A DNA stretch of 59,249 nucleotides, filler included, from Squatina squatina (taxonomy: Eukaryota), in the NCBI GenBank assembly GCA_031763465.1. It is 4 parts of 3 records of this genome, joined end to end, with 100 filler letters (N's around TTAATTAATTAA, not from the genome) between each part and the next. Parts side by side here need not be neighbours in the genome. Positions count along the whole stretch, not along the records: positions 1 to 14,241 come from JARFOE010000046.1; positions 14,342 to 27,850 come from JARFOE010000016.1; 2 more parts are not named here. One strand, written 5' to 3'. This document shows positions 11,919 through 23,395 of this stretch, piece by piece. How positions within the stretch are numbered: position 1 is the stretch's first letter; each line of letters starts with the position of its first letter. The notes below the pieces were generated by a model. That model worked only from the letters and a program-made list of their open reading frames with translations. It had not been told where the DNA came from and searched no databases. The translations under genes and the position numbers were made by a program.

Positions 11919-12420
11919 GCGCGTCTCCCGGTGACCGGCTCTTCCTCCTCTGCCGGAGAGATTTCGATCAAAGCCGGAGCAGAGAGTGAGATAAACGCTG
12001 TCTGCGTGATTGCCGAGATCAGATAGAGTTGCAGAACGGCGAGAAGTAGCAAGGAGCCCGATCGCTTTAAGTGTCTGTTTGGGTCTTTCTGGAAGCAAAC
12101 TGGAGAATACCCAGAGAGCAGTCGAGGGCTCCGGCAAAACGGCAATCTCTGCAGGTCTTGCGATAAGCGAGGAACGCACAGATGTGTGAGCAGAAGGTCA
12201 CCTGGATCGCCCGCCAGATCGCTGAGAGCAGTTTGATTTCCAGATCTCGGAGAGTAGAGCAGGCTGGGCGAGCGGTAAATCTCTCGGAGTGAGGAGATAC
12301 CAGATCTCCGAGCAGACTGAGGTTTCGCTGAGCAGTAACGCGATATAAATGCGATCAGCTGCAGCAAAGCCACATGTGAACCCAGCAGGTGCACAGCTGT
12401 GGCGAGCCACATCTATCATC
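11706..12420. promoter_or_regulatory. CpG island, probable promoter or 5'UTR of an unidentified gene
   Basis: Dense CpGs, GC-rich, with a (CT)n(CA)n tract; no repeat signature or recognisable protein. Confidence 0.55.
11884..11918. repeat. Compound microsatellite (TC)n(CA)n
   Basis: Read directly from the sequence. Confidence 0.95.
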
Positions 12421-13127
12421 CAGAGCACTTAATATTCACATTCACATCTCTTTGACATCGCTTCATCTCCGGCTCACATTCCAGTGAAATTTAATTTTTA
12501 ATAAATGTAATCAATACGAGAACTGTAGGACACAGATTGCAGCTTTGAATTAAATGTCACAGGGAAAATGAACATAGTACTAAGGCATATACTGAGGTGG
12601 TCAGTGAAGGGAATGCGCATTTCAGTCGTTCCAGGGAACACGACAGCACCTGAAGCCGGTAGGACAGTAACATTTACCGTGACTTATTAAACCAAGATTA
12701 GAACCTCAGCTCCAAGTCAAGCTCATATAACAAAATCCGAGGAAAATGGAGGAAATGTACTGATCTTAATGGGCAATATTAGATCTTAGACATGCACGAG
12801 AACTCCGAAGTTCAGTTAGTGACAAGCACGAAACTGGCCGTTGAACTTCAACCCACTCAGCTTCTCTAAACTGTTTCTCATCAATTTTGCGTTAAAAATA
12901 TCTACTGAGGTATCCGATCAGCACAGTTTAACTACAGTTAAATGAGGTCAGACTGAATCTGCTGAAAGAATTTATGGAATAGGCAAAGAATCCTGCTTTA
13001 GCTCCTCTCCCTACTCCTGTTCAGCTCAAGCTGCCTCCCCCACTCATGAAGCCCCCTCCCAGCCATTCACTAGTTTAAATATTCTGTACAAGTGGAAGTT
13101 GCTGTGGCTGCTTGCTGGGTATTTAGG

Positions 13128-13147
13128 TACGCCATCTTGTGGCGCTG
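13128..13147 (-). promoter_or_regulatory. Candidate CTCF site overlapping a YY1 core
   Basis: Minus strand reads CGCCACAAGATGGCGTA, close to CTCF CCACYAGRKGGCR and containing the YY1 core AAGATGGCG. Confidence 0.45.
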
Positions 13148-13501
13148 GTCGGCGAGCGTTTGTACATTAAATAGCATTTTTAAACTATCCAATTGCAATT
13201 TGCTGGATTTCAACAGAAAGAATTAAACCAAAAAGAAGCCCCTGGCAATAATTGGGTATTGTGTTTCTTCTTTAAAGAAAGGAATAGGAAAGATTCCCTT
13301 TAAAGGATTTTTTTTCAGCCTACAAGTTTTAATCGTCCCTGCCTCTGTCAGTCCAGGGCTGTGGGCGTTCTCTGACTGAACGTCACTGGGAGGGAGTGAA
13401 GGAGGGAGGGTGAAATCATTCTTAAAAAGTCAGCCTGCAGACCAGCTGCCAGTAGAAAGTCTCCGCCAGTCGCAGGCACAGAGAGTACTGGGGCCGGAAG
13501 G

Positions 13502-13660
13502 ATGCAGCTGCCCATCTCACTGACGCTCGCAGCTACCTGGTTCAGCTCCACTGCGCTGATCCCCGGAAGAGGGGAGCCGGCCTTCAAGAAAAGGGATCAC
13601 TCTGACTCGCAGCGTAACAACCACCGTGCTCCCAGCGTCCTCACCACCCAAACAGCAGAG
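13502..13660 (+). CDS. Candidate first exon (coding or 5'UTR) of an unidentified gene
   Basis: GC/CpG-rich; aggATG with A at -3; frame MQLPISLTLAATWFSSTALIPGRGEPAFKKRD...TQTAE ends at a GAG|GTGAGA donor. The N-terminus is weakly signal-peptide-like. Confidence 0.3.
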
Positions 13661-14241
13661 GTGAGAGAGAGCAGAGACCACTCCTCCCAACCCTGATTTA
13701 TATGGGAAGTGACTAGGACAGGGAGGAACCTAAACTCTGATCGTCCATTTGAAATTCTGTTGTCAGCTTTGAAGCTGAGGCTGCCAGGTTCCAAACCTGC
13801 AGGTCCGAAATTTGTCCTTTTAAATATTATGTTGTTGTTATTGCTTGCTTGCAATCCTGCTTCGACTGAGTTAGCAAGGTTTTGGTTCGGGAAATGCATC
13901 AACCCATTTCTAGGGTTGCCATATGTAGAATTTTTATTTAGATATATGATGCTGGGGTTGTGAACAACTAGTGCTTGAGCTAAAGTTATACTGCACTTGG
14001 TGCAATGTCAAAACAGTGAGCCCTGTGAGGCACCTGGTGGCGATCAGTTTGTAATGATTGGCGCATTATAGGAGATGCTCCCGTCATGTTGACGGTGTTG
14101 CTGACCCTTCGTGACTCTTACCCCACGGTTTATTTTTGATCTTGTCCACTTTTGGGGTGAAATGTGCCTGTGTAAGTTTCAGAGTAACAATCCCTTTCAT
14201 TTAAAAGGGCACTAAACTTTAATGCAAGCTCCGGGGGGGGG

Positions 14242-14341
14242 NNNNNNNNNNNNNNNNNNNNNNNNNNNNNNNNNNNNNNNNNNNNTTAATTAATTAANNN
14301 NNNNNNNNNNNNNNNNNNNNNNNNNNNNNNNNNNNNNNNNN
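14242..14341. other. Artificial scaffold-joining spacer
   Basis: 44 N + TTAATTAATTAA (stops in all six frames) + 44 N. Confidence 0.95.
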
Positions 14342-14430
14342 CCTGAAGAAGATCGCAGAGTTCCATCACAACCTTCCTACTAAGTTTCAGGCTCTTTAGG
14401 CACATTGTTTCCACCATCTCCAAATGACTG
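14342..14430 (-). mobile_element. Possible PIF/Harbinger transposase remnant
   Basis: Minus-strand peptide SHLEMVETMCLKSLKLSRKVVMELCDLLQ resembles the HARBI1-like N-terminal motif (L.M.E..C...L.....V.ELC.LL). It is short and cut by the scaffold edge. Confidence 0.45.
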
Positions 14431-16869
14431 TCACCTGTTATGTTAGATCTGCTTTTGTCGTGTACCAACAGAACCTAATAGTAAACCTTGCATGCAACCA
14501 AACTTCTGCCAATTGCAGTGCTACTGAATGTAATAAAAATAGTGTCAAAAATACTTGGAGTCGAAGGTCAAGTGTGCAGCAGTTCACCTTTCAGCCTCTG
14601 CAGTAATACCGATTCAATATGAGGGCTAGCAGTTCATTGAATGTGCAGTGCATTACTTTTAGAATACAGAGTCCTATCTTCTTAACAAGCTATTATAGTG
14701 GCAATAACAGGATTAATGACTAACACACGTCTTCAGCTATTTAGCGCACAGAAGCAATTCAGTCCACAGCAATTTTACAGCATTTGGGAAACAGGGCTAA
14801 GGAGTACTTACTAAATTACCGATTAGCAACACTACCATACCACAAGTGGCAGGCTAAATGCCAACAGTAGTTTCCAGCCTTATATGCCCATAATCTGTAA
14901 GGAACCCACTCAATGTTCCTCAATTTAAATGAATGGAAGGAGAATCAGGCAGGTTCCTTTATAGGTGTGTGCTCCGACCCTCTCAACTTTCTAATAATCA
15001 TTGCACTCAAAAGCACCATTGCATCTGGGCGTTGGAAAATCTCTCCTACATTTGTAAATCTTATGTTGTAGGTAAGACTCTGTACATTGCAAATCATCAT
15101 ATCATCATTAGCTAATCTTATTACAAGAATGTATGAGTTTAGAAAGATAAGTATTTTTACCTCGAAAATTGTATTGAAAACTAGTTAATTTTGCAAGAAG
15201 CGCACAGAATCCAGATCGTAGGCTTCCCCGTGTTAGAGAGGCAGCTATTTCCAAGATTGGGTTTTATCTAATAATTTGGAAATTGGCAACCTTCTCTCAC
15301 TCCATGGAGCCTGTTAACAGACATGTGTAAGGAACAGCCTGTTAGGGTGTGAACTCTGCGGCGCTGGCCTGATGCACATTCCGCTCTCAATCCATAGGTT
15401 TGGAGGATCCTCAACCCGAGTTAATTGAGTTTTAATAGCAAGGCTGAGAGCAAATTCTAGGCTGCTCATCCTATAAAGTTGTTCTATAAAGTGGTGGCAA
15501 GCAGCAGAGAGATTAGAGAAACAATTAAAAGTGAATGGTAGCACCGCATATGATCGGTGCTGATGCAATTCCCGTGCTTGTTCTACAGTGCGCAGTTTTC
15601 TAGACAGCGACCTCCTCCACAAACTGAATTCCAAGAGGTGTTTGACGCAACGACACTAGAAAAGTAGCGCAAGAGACTCTGTGGAGCAAGGGGAGATACT
15701 AATGATTCCATTCTAGTCGTGAAATCTGATCTGATTTAGAGTGTCGAAGGTGCCGACTATTATCAAATTAAAGTGTTGGTGCTAAGATGATCGAACACTA
15801 GAGGACTGACGTGAAAATTGTGGTGATTATTTGAGTTTCACAACAAAGCAATAAGTAACATGTGCCATCATAAGATTCAATCCCACAAGAAGTTACGGTA
15901 GGAAAATATTCTATACCATATCCTGTGATCAAATTGCCGAAAGATGAACAAGGCCCGGGATACTTGATGTGGAAGCTGATTTATGTTTGACCCAGAGATA
16001 ATATCCCAATGCACGCACATAGCTGCAAATAAATGAATTATATTTAATGCACAAATGCTAATCCAAAATGTAGTCCTGACATAAACAGTGTCACAGTAGG
16101 TAATTTCGAGTTAGGTGTAGCAGAGACTGCCTTCTGAAACGAGGCACGATGCTACACTGCCTGCAACTATAATCAACAAAATGAAGCAACATTCAATGCA
16201 ACGTGTTCTAAAATTAGGTTTTCTAAATATCAAACGGTATCATTTAGTGTTATAGCGTTGCCTTCCGAGGATTCTGATACAATACTAACTGAAAACATTT
16301 AATGAATAGTTTATAGTCAGTGTGAGGCAGCCTGGGATTTTAGTGAGATGGGAGTGTGATTCTGGACAGATTTAAATGAAATCATCTACAGCTCGCGGTT
16401 CCTACCCTCACAAAATATAAGAAATTTCACGTGGTGTGCATGATCCCATCTCAATTACCTTGTGGACCCATAGTAAGTGATCACAAAACCTTGTACAGTG
16501 GTTAATTAAAAGCTGCTGATTCCAAATATGTTTACTAAACAAAACGCTAATCCAACATATAGATCTGCCACTGAGTCAGTTTATATAGTTCCTGATACAC
16601 TTACACTGTGTAAGTGATTTCAAAGTGAATCGAGGTTTTCTCCTTCGGGGTGGCAGCCATTGACTGATTTGGAGATAAGCTGTAGTTTGCAACCAATGAT
16701 GCTGTGTGCTTGTAAAGGCAATATACAGGAAGATCTATAAATAATCATTCCACAAAAGTGTGTCTTTTAATTTGTGATTAGATGGATGCCAGTTTGTTCT
16801 GCATCAATTAACATTTTCTTTCCTTTTGAAGGAAATTAAGCTTCTAAGCACACAGAACTTCTAAATGTT

Positions 16870-17533
16870 CAGGTAATTCCAATCATTAAGCAATGTGACA
16901 TCAATAGCCAAAGTGATCATAACATGATAGAATTTCACATTCAGTTTGAGGGTGAGANNNNNNNNNNTTGGGTCTGAAACTAGTGTATTAATTCAAATAA
17001 AGGCAATTACAAAGGTATGAGGACAGAATTGGCTAAAGTGGACTGGGAAAATAGATTACAAGGTAAGATGGCAGATAAGCACTGGCAGACATTTCAGAAG
17101 ATACTTCATGACTCTCAACAAAGATATATTCCAGTGAGGAAGAAAGACTCTAAATGAAGGATGAACCAACCATGGCTAACTAAGGAAGTTAAGGATGGTA
17201 TGAAATTGAAAGAAAAGGTGTACAATGTTGCAAAGATTAGTGGTCGGCCCGAAGATTGGGAAAATTTTAGAAACCAACAAAGGATGACTAAAAAATAATA
17301 GAGGGAGAAAACAGATTATGAGAGTAAACCAGCAAGAAATATAAAAACTGACAGTAAGAGCTTCTGCAAGTATATAAAATGGAAGCGTGGAGCTAAAGTA
17401 AACATTGGTCCTTTAGAGGACGAGACTGGGGAAATAATAATGGGAAACAAGGAAATGGCAGTGGCGTTGAACAAATGTTTCGTATCTGTCTTCACAGTAG
17501 AAGACACTAAAAACATCCCAATATTAGTAGAAA
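16870..17533 (+). mobile_element. CR1 LINE ORF2 fragment (endonuclease end and linker), degenerate
   Basis: Peptides SDHNMIEFHIQFE, PWLTKEVKDG and MGNKEMAVALNKCFVSVFTVED, interrupted by stops and frameshifts. Confidence 0.9.
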
Positions 17534-17633
17534 NNNNNNNNNNNNNNNNNNNNNNNNNNNNNNNNNNNNNNNNNNNNNNNNNNNNNNNNNNNNNNNNNNN
17601 NNNNNNNNNNNNNNNNNNNNNNNNNNNNNNNNN

Positions 17634-18900
17634 GGCGTGACCTACCTTTCACAAATTACTGCTGGTTCTCTGATCAACTGAAAATTTGAGGTGTTCAAGT
17701 CACCCTATCCTTAATTATAAACTTGAGCAACTTCCTGGCAACAGATGTTGGGCTAACTGGTTTCCCTCTCCCACCTTTCTTAAAAAGCTGTTCTTTGTAT
17801 CTTTCCCATTCATCTGGATCTGTGCAACTTTTTGCATTTTTGTATGCTTTTTCTTTTAGTTTTATGCTGTCCCTCACCTTTTTAGTCATCCACGGCTGTC
17901 TTTTCAGCAAGTAGAGCTCTTGGCCCCCAGGGATATAAACTGGTCCTGTATCACCTTAAATTCTTTTTTGCACATCTTCCTCTGATCTTCTGTTGTTTTA
18001 CCCATTAACAGATTTGAACAGTTTACTGTGGACAGCTTCATCCCGTTGAAGTCGACTGTGCCCAAATCTAGAATCTTAGTAGCTGTCTCGTGTTTCTCCC
18101 TTTCAAACACTGCGCTGAACTCAATCATGTTATGATTACTGTTGAATAAATGTCTCTGTAATGGCTACCATGTCATAACCTCCAATTTGAATTCACGCCT
18201 GCAGTTCATTAAATTTAGTCCTTAAACTCCGTGCATTTGTATAAAAAACACTGATTTGGGCCACACACCCTAGCCTGTCCTTCAGCTCTAATGTTTTACT
18301 CACTTGTTTCTTATTTCTCTCTTCTCGTTTAATCGCGATACATCTTTTAGTTTTCCCTTTACCTCTAATGCCAAAAGCACAATTTCTGACTGTTACTCTA
18401 TTCTCTTCTCTTTTGATTGTTTTTGAACTATTACTTGTACTACTATTTCCACCTGAGCCCCCACCCTCATTTACCAGTTTAATGTCCTTGTGACTGCCCT
18501 TTCCACTAGGACGCTGGTTCCAGACTGGTTCAGGTGGAGCCCGTCCCAATAGTACAGTTCCTTCTTGTCCCAGTACTTGTGGCAGTGCTCCATGAAATGG
18601 AACTCCTCTTTTCCACACCATTCCTTTAGCTACATGTTTACCTCCCTAATTAGCATATCCCTAAACCAATCTGCAAGTGGCTCGGGTAATAACCCAGAGA
18701 CTATAATCCTTGAGGTCCTGTTCTTAATTTAGCTTCCCGTTCCTCATACTCCCCAAACAGGACCTCTTGCCTACTTTTCCCTAGGTATTTGGTCCTAACA
18801 TGGTCCACAACAACTGGATCCTCCCCCTCCCGCGCCAGTATCCTTTCAAGCCATTTCAATATATCCCTTACCCTGGCACCAGTTAGGCAACTATTCACAC
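17634..18900 (-). mobile_element. Internally deleted CR1 LINE with ORF1 (SGNH-esterase type) and ORF2 remnants
   Basis: ORF1-like CLTGARVRDI..LERILAREGEDPVVVDHV at 18701-18900; ORF2 start FYTNARSLRTKFNEL near 18195-18245; PWMTKKVRDSIKLKEKAY near 17850-17895. Confidence 0.88.
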
Positions 18901-18976
18901 GTTCTCTGGATTTCATATTTCTCTAACTTCTCTCATCACATCTCCTTTTGCCTTACACTATTATCACTTCTACCAG

Positions 18977-19060
18977 TTCTGACGAAGGATCATCGACCCG
19001 AAACGTTGACTGTTTTTCTCTCCACGGATGCTGCCTGACCTGCTGAGTTTTTCCAGCATT
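18977..19060 (+). mobile_element. Penelope-like short repeat with a hammerhead-like core
   Basis: CTGACGAAGG-N10-CCGAAACGTT followed by GATGCTGCCTGACCTGCTGAGTTTTTCCAGCATT; near-identical inverted copy at 20130-20262. Confidence 0.7.
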
Positions 19061-19334
19061 TATTTACATATATTAGATATGAAGCAGGAGTGAGCGATTA
19101 CAAATAGCGCCTGAACAGCCATTAATTGTGCTCAACAATAAACCTCTCTATGTGACGGGATATACGAGTGTAAATAACTCCTCCATTACAGTTTTAAAAG
19201 GGGAAAAAGGTGGAGGAGAGAACTAACGGGGTTAATGGTATATAACGTGAGTAAATAATTCCTCCATTATATGTTAAGAGGGGAGGAGAAGGATGAGAGG
19301 GACCCGATTCAAAACATTCTGAAGCGTTTATTTT

Positions 19335-19750
19335 TAAACCGAGTGCGCGCGAGCGTTACGGCAACGGATCAACGTCTCGGGGCGGCGTGGAAAGCTGAGC
19401 TGCGCACGCGCACTTGGCCCGCGAGCGCCTTCTGGGACGACGATCGCTGACAAGAGAGAAAAAAAAGACTCACCGAAACACAAGGGCTGGAGGTGGTGCT
19501 GGGCGTCGGAGACCGCTGCACCGTTACTAAAGCCATCTATAGAGTTCCGTGCGCTACAAATCTCATTCTTACACGAGAGGTCGATGGATATTTGCGGAGG
19601 AGGGGTATTTGTCTTCCTCACACATAGATATATATATAAGTGAAACGCCAACCCCCTGCACAGCGATGCTTCTCACTCCCCGCTTTCAGCCGACTCTGCC
19701 GTTTCTGCCCTGGGCGGCGCGACTGCGCACGCGCGCAAGATTTGCCTGGT
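19335..19750 (-). promoter_or_regulatory. CpG island / promoter of SSH2 with NRF1-like motifs
   Basis: High CpG density around exon 1; TGCGCACGCGCG at 19724-19735 and TGCGCACGCGCA at 19401-19412 (NRF1 consensus TGCGCATGCGCA); (TA)n tract at about 19628-19639. Confidence 0.75.
19474..19536 (-). CDS. SSH2: Slingshot protein phosphatase 2, first coding exon
   Basis: ATG at 19536 and a 63-nt frame MALVTVQRSPTPSTTSSPCVS followed by a GTGAGT donor, within a CpG island. Nearly identical to the recalled SSH2 N-terminus MALVTVQRSPTPSTTSSPCAS. Confidence 0.93.
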
Positions 19751-20129
19751 CAACAAAACTTAACTCTTTCAAGGGCTTTTCGTTTTTTTAAAAAAAAAGG
19801 AAAAAGATCATATGTGGAAGGCAGAAACGAACAAGAGGAATCGTGGAATTCTACAAACAGCCCAAATGCAACATTAAAAAAAATACAACAGTCCAGTATC
19901 AAGATAACAGAAGAAAGGTTGTTATATGAATTATGGAAATCCTTCTGCAAGACCTTTTGAAGAGGGGGACTTGCAGCTTATTTTCACCTCTGTTATTTGG
20001 CACTTAGTGCTGAGCACAAAAAAAACCCATTAGATGTTTAAACATGTTTTAAAAAACCTATACATGCCTAAGTTTAATAAGAAATATGAACTCTTCCGTC
20101 AACAGTTATTCAACTTGATTATAATCCTT

Positions 20130-20262
20130 ACAGAAGCGAAATACTGCGGATGTTGGAATCTAGAATACAAACAAAGAATGCTGGAAAAACTCAGCAGGTC
20201 AGGCAGCATCTGTGGAGAGAGAAACAGAGTCAACGTTTCGGGTCGATGAACCTTCGTCAGAT
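20130..20262 (-). mobile_element. Penelope-like short repeat with a hammerhead-like core (inverted copy)
   Basis: Minus strand reads CTGACGAAGGTTCATCGACCCGAAACGTTGACTCTGTTTCTCTCTCCACAGATGCTGCCTGACCTGCTGAGTTTTTCCAGCATT...CCAACATCCGCAGTATTT. Confidence 0.75.
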
Positions 20263-23200
20263 ACATGTGTATATTATAGAGATTCCACTTAGAAGGTAAA
20301 AATAAATGACGATAAAAACAAGCGAAACAAGAGGTAGATACCGCCCCGTACACAAGTCGACTTCTTTCCAAATGCAAGTTTTTGCCAAGTTTCCTCACGC
20401 TTTACGGATGTAAGTTACAAACACCTATTTTCTGACGTTTATTGAAGCTCTAATTCTATTCGAACAGTTGATTTGAAGGCATTTGTGTCCATTATGTAAC
20501 CCTGGAAATGACAATTTCCAGTCAAACCACTTCATTTGGAAGGATCCGAAATCAGTTAGTGAAGCTAAGTCTCCTATCTGACATGTTTCCTCAGCAGTGT
20601 TAGAGCAGTGCACTCCCAGTCTGTAGGATATCCATCTCGAACCCTACAAGCACCATTTAGTTGTATTCGAAGAGCAGAGTCAGCGCTGATAGGAGGAATG
20701 ATGTGCCTATTTGGAATCGGATTTTGTGTGAAGGACTGGATGTGTTTATGTGTTTAATAACATCTGCAATTAAGTGGTGATTTGTGTAAATTGAATAATG
20801 AACCATTTGTTTTAATGCAGTCGAGTAAAAAGTGTGTTCGAAGCTTGGTTTAATGGGACACGTTTTCCTCTATGTATGAATTAATTGCTTGCAATCAATT
20901 ACCATTACAAGAGAGACGCTACAGATGGCGTTTTGTGAAGTTTCTGTTTACAATAACAGCCAACAGTTTCTTGAGGTGCTCGTTGTTAACTGGTTGCTTG
21001 ATTGAAAAAAGTCACTAAAGAGTTACCAGTTTATATTTTAACAGCAAGGGAAGTCTAAAGGGGATTGCGAAATAGATGATCAGTTTGCTGCAGATTTCTT
21101 GAACCTGTCCTTCATTTTTTTACGGTACTATCCTTATTTCATTATCAGTGTATACGGGTTTAAAATAATAGAGAAAAACAAATCCCAAATTATTGATGTC
21201 GAAAACAACGCAGGCACACGATCATATACCTACACATAAGATGGACAAATATACGTACAGAAGTAGAGATAAGATGCACAGCAGCATTTATTAAACATTA
21301 GCAGTCACAGTCAGGAGAGATTCACCGGGGAACAACAATGTAGGATTATATTAGATATCAGATTTTGTATTTGAACACACAATCGGGAATGTGGGACATT
21401 TTACAAGGTGCTTATTTCAGTGTCTGNNNNNNNNNNNNNNNNNNNNNNNNNNNNNNNNNNNNNNNNNNNNNNNNNNNNNNNNNNNNNNNNNNNNNNNNNN
21501 NNNNNNNNNNNNNNNNNNNNNNNNNNNNNNNNNNNNNNNNNNNNNNNNNNNNNNNNNNNNNNNNNNNNNNNNNNNNNNNNNNNNNNNNNNNNNNNNNNNN
21601 NNNNNNNNNNNNNNNNNNNNNNNNNNNNNNNNNNNNNNNNNNNNNNNNNNNNNNNNNNNNNNNNNNNNNNNNNNNNNNNNNNNNNNNNNNNNNNNNNNNN
21701 NNNNNNNNNNNNNNNNNNNNNNNNNNNNNNNNNNNNNNNNNNNNNNNNNNNNNNNNNNNNNNNNNNNNNNNNNNNNNNNNNNNNNNNNNNNNNNNNNNNN
21801 NNNNNNNNNNNNNNNNNNNNNNNNNNNNNNNNNNNNNNNNNNNNNNNNNNNNNNNNNNNNNNNNNNNNNNNNNNNNNNNNNNNNNNNNNNNNNNNNNNNN
21901 NNNNNNNNNNNNNNNNNNNNNNNNNNNNNNNNNNNNNNNNNNNNNNNNNNNNNNNNNNNNNNNNNNNNNNNNNNNNNNNNNNNNNNNNNNNNNNNNNNNN
22001 NNNNNNNNNNNNNNNNNNNNNNNNNNNNNNNNNNNNNNNNNNNNNNNNNNNNNNNNNNNNNNNNNNNNNNNNNNNNNNNNNNNNNNNNNNNNNNNNNNNN
22101 NNNNNNNNNNNNNNNNNNNNNNNNNNNNNNNNNNNNNNNNNNNNNNNNNNNNNNNNNNNNNNNNNNNNNNNNNNNNNNNNNNNNNNNNNNNNNNNNNNNN
22201 NNNNNNNNNNNNNNNNNNNNNNNNNNNNNNNNNNCATGCAGCTTTCTCCTATATATGCATTTGACTCAGCTTTATTGTGGCACAGTTAATCTTTTGATCT
22301 ACGCACTTTATATTTTAATCTTGGACTAACTTCTGTTCAAGATGTTTCTTCATTTGACCTCAAATGATTTTAATCAGACTAAGGAAATCCACCACTAGAT
22401 TGTATTTCATCTTTAAATTCATTTTTGCAATCTCTGTCTGGTCAGAAACACCCAAATCGCAATATCTTTAATCCATGGAATTAATTTAATCCAAAACTAT
22501 TTCTTCATCAGCACAGGACACAGGACAAGAAAAGGAGAAGATCCTTACAACATGAAAAGTTAAATATTAGAATATGCAAGTATCAGGTGATAAATCAACA
22601 GTCTTTATTACCCAGCTGGGGCAGGAAGCTGTCACTGTGTGGGAACTAGTTTAGAGGCAGAACTGATTGCAGGCACATCAAAGGAGGTGAGCATGCTGTT
22701 AGGTCTTTCAGCTAGCCAGGTATCATTGTACCTCTTGATTGTTAACTGGTCTAAATGCCTGCGAAACTTGAACTGAAGCAATGGGATTCCCTTGGCAGGG
22801 GATGTCCCACAAGGTGTCTCTGAGGCAATGAGTTGGTTGCCTTGCCAAATATATTCTGTGGCTTTATTCCAATTTCAGGAGTTCTTCACCCTCAAGTCAA
22901 AAGGAGAATGTGAAGGTTCTATAGGATGGGCTGAACTTCATGCATAATTGTGTTATGGAGCTGGCCCAGGCTCTGTGATATTAGGACAGCCAGTGAAGTA
23001 TGACTTTGTTTGTTGAGCAAATGAGTTTTATGTTGTAAGTTAATGAAACCTGGAGTTCCAGCTTTTTGCTATTGCTTTAATTTCTACTTTTAACAAACCC
23101 AATTCAAAATTATAGCCTCAGGCTTACTGTGATTACTTACCTGTCGCCTGAATAATAAGAGCATATGAAAGAGTTTCCATCATTTCCAGTGAGCAAATTA

Positions 23201-23294
23201 CACGAACAACCCTGGGCAATGCTACTTTATCAGTTATTCTATGTATAAGGTCACACTGCAGTTCTTATGAAGATCATATGTGAAAAGAAAGAAA

Positions 23295-23395
23295 CACTTG
23301 CATTTGTATAACATTTGTATAGCCGCTTTCTCAAGCTTCAGGACGTCCCAAAGTGCTTTGCAGCCAGTGAAGTACTTTGAAGTGTAGTGACGATT
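23295..23395 (-). mobile_element. DeuSINE-like/L2-like 3' tail fragment
   Basis: tcaggacgtcccaaagtgctttgcagccagtgaagtactttgaagtgtagt matches 1428-1482. Confidence 0.6.

Noticed and set aside
11840-12412. 190-aa minus-strand ORF
   Set aside because: It runs through a microsatellite in a CpG island where stops are scarce, and has no recognisable domain.
13502-13696. Stanniocalcin (STC2) identity, suggested by PGRG and QTAE
   Set aside because: Similarity is limited to a few residues, the donor phase differs from the recalled STC exon 1, and no downstream cysteine-rich sequence is present.
21365-22329. Long ORFs over N runs (also 23234-23953, 45261-45775 and 51355-52185)
   Set aside because: Artefacts of translating assembly gaps.
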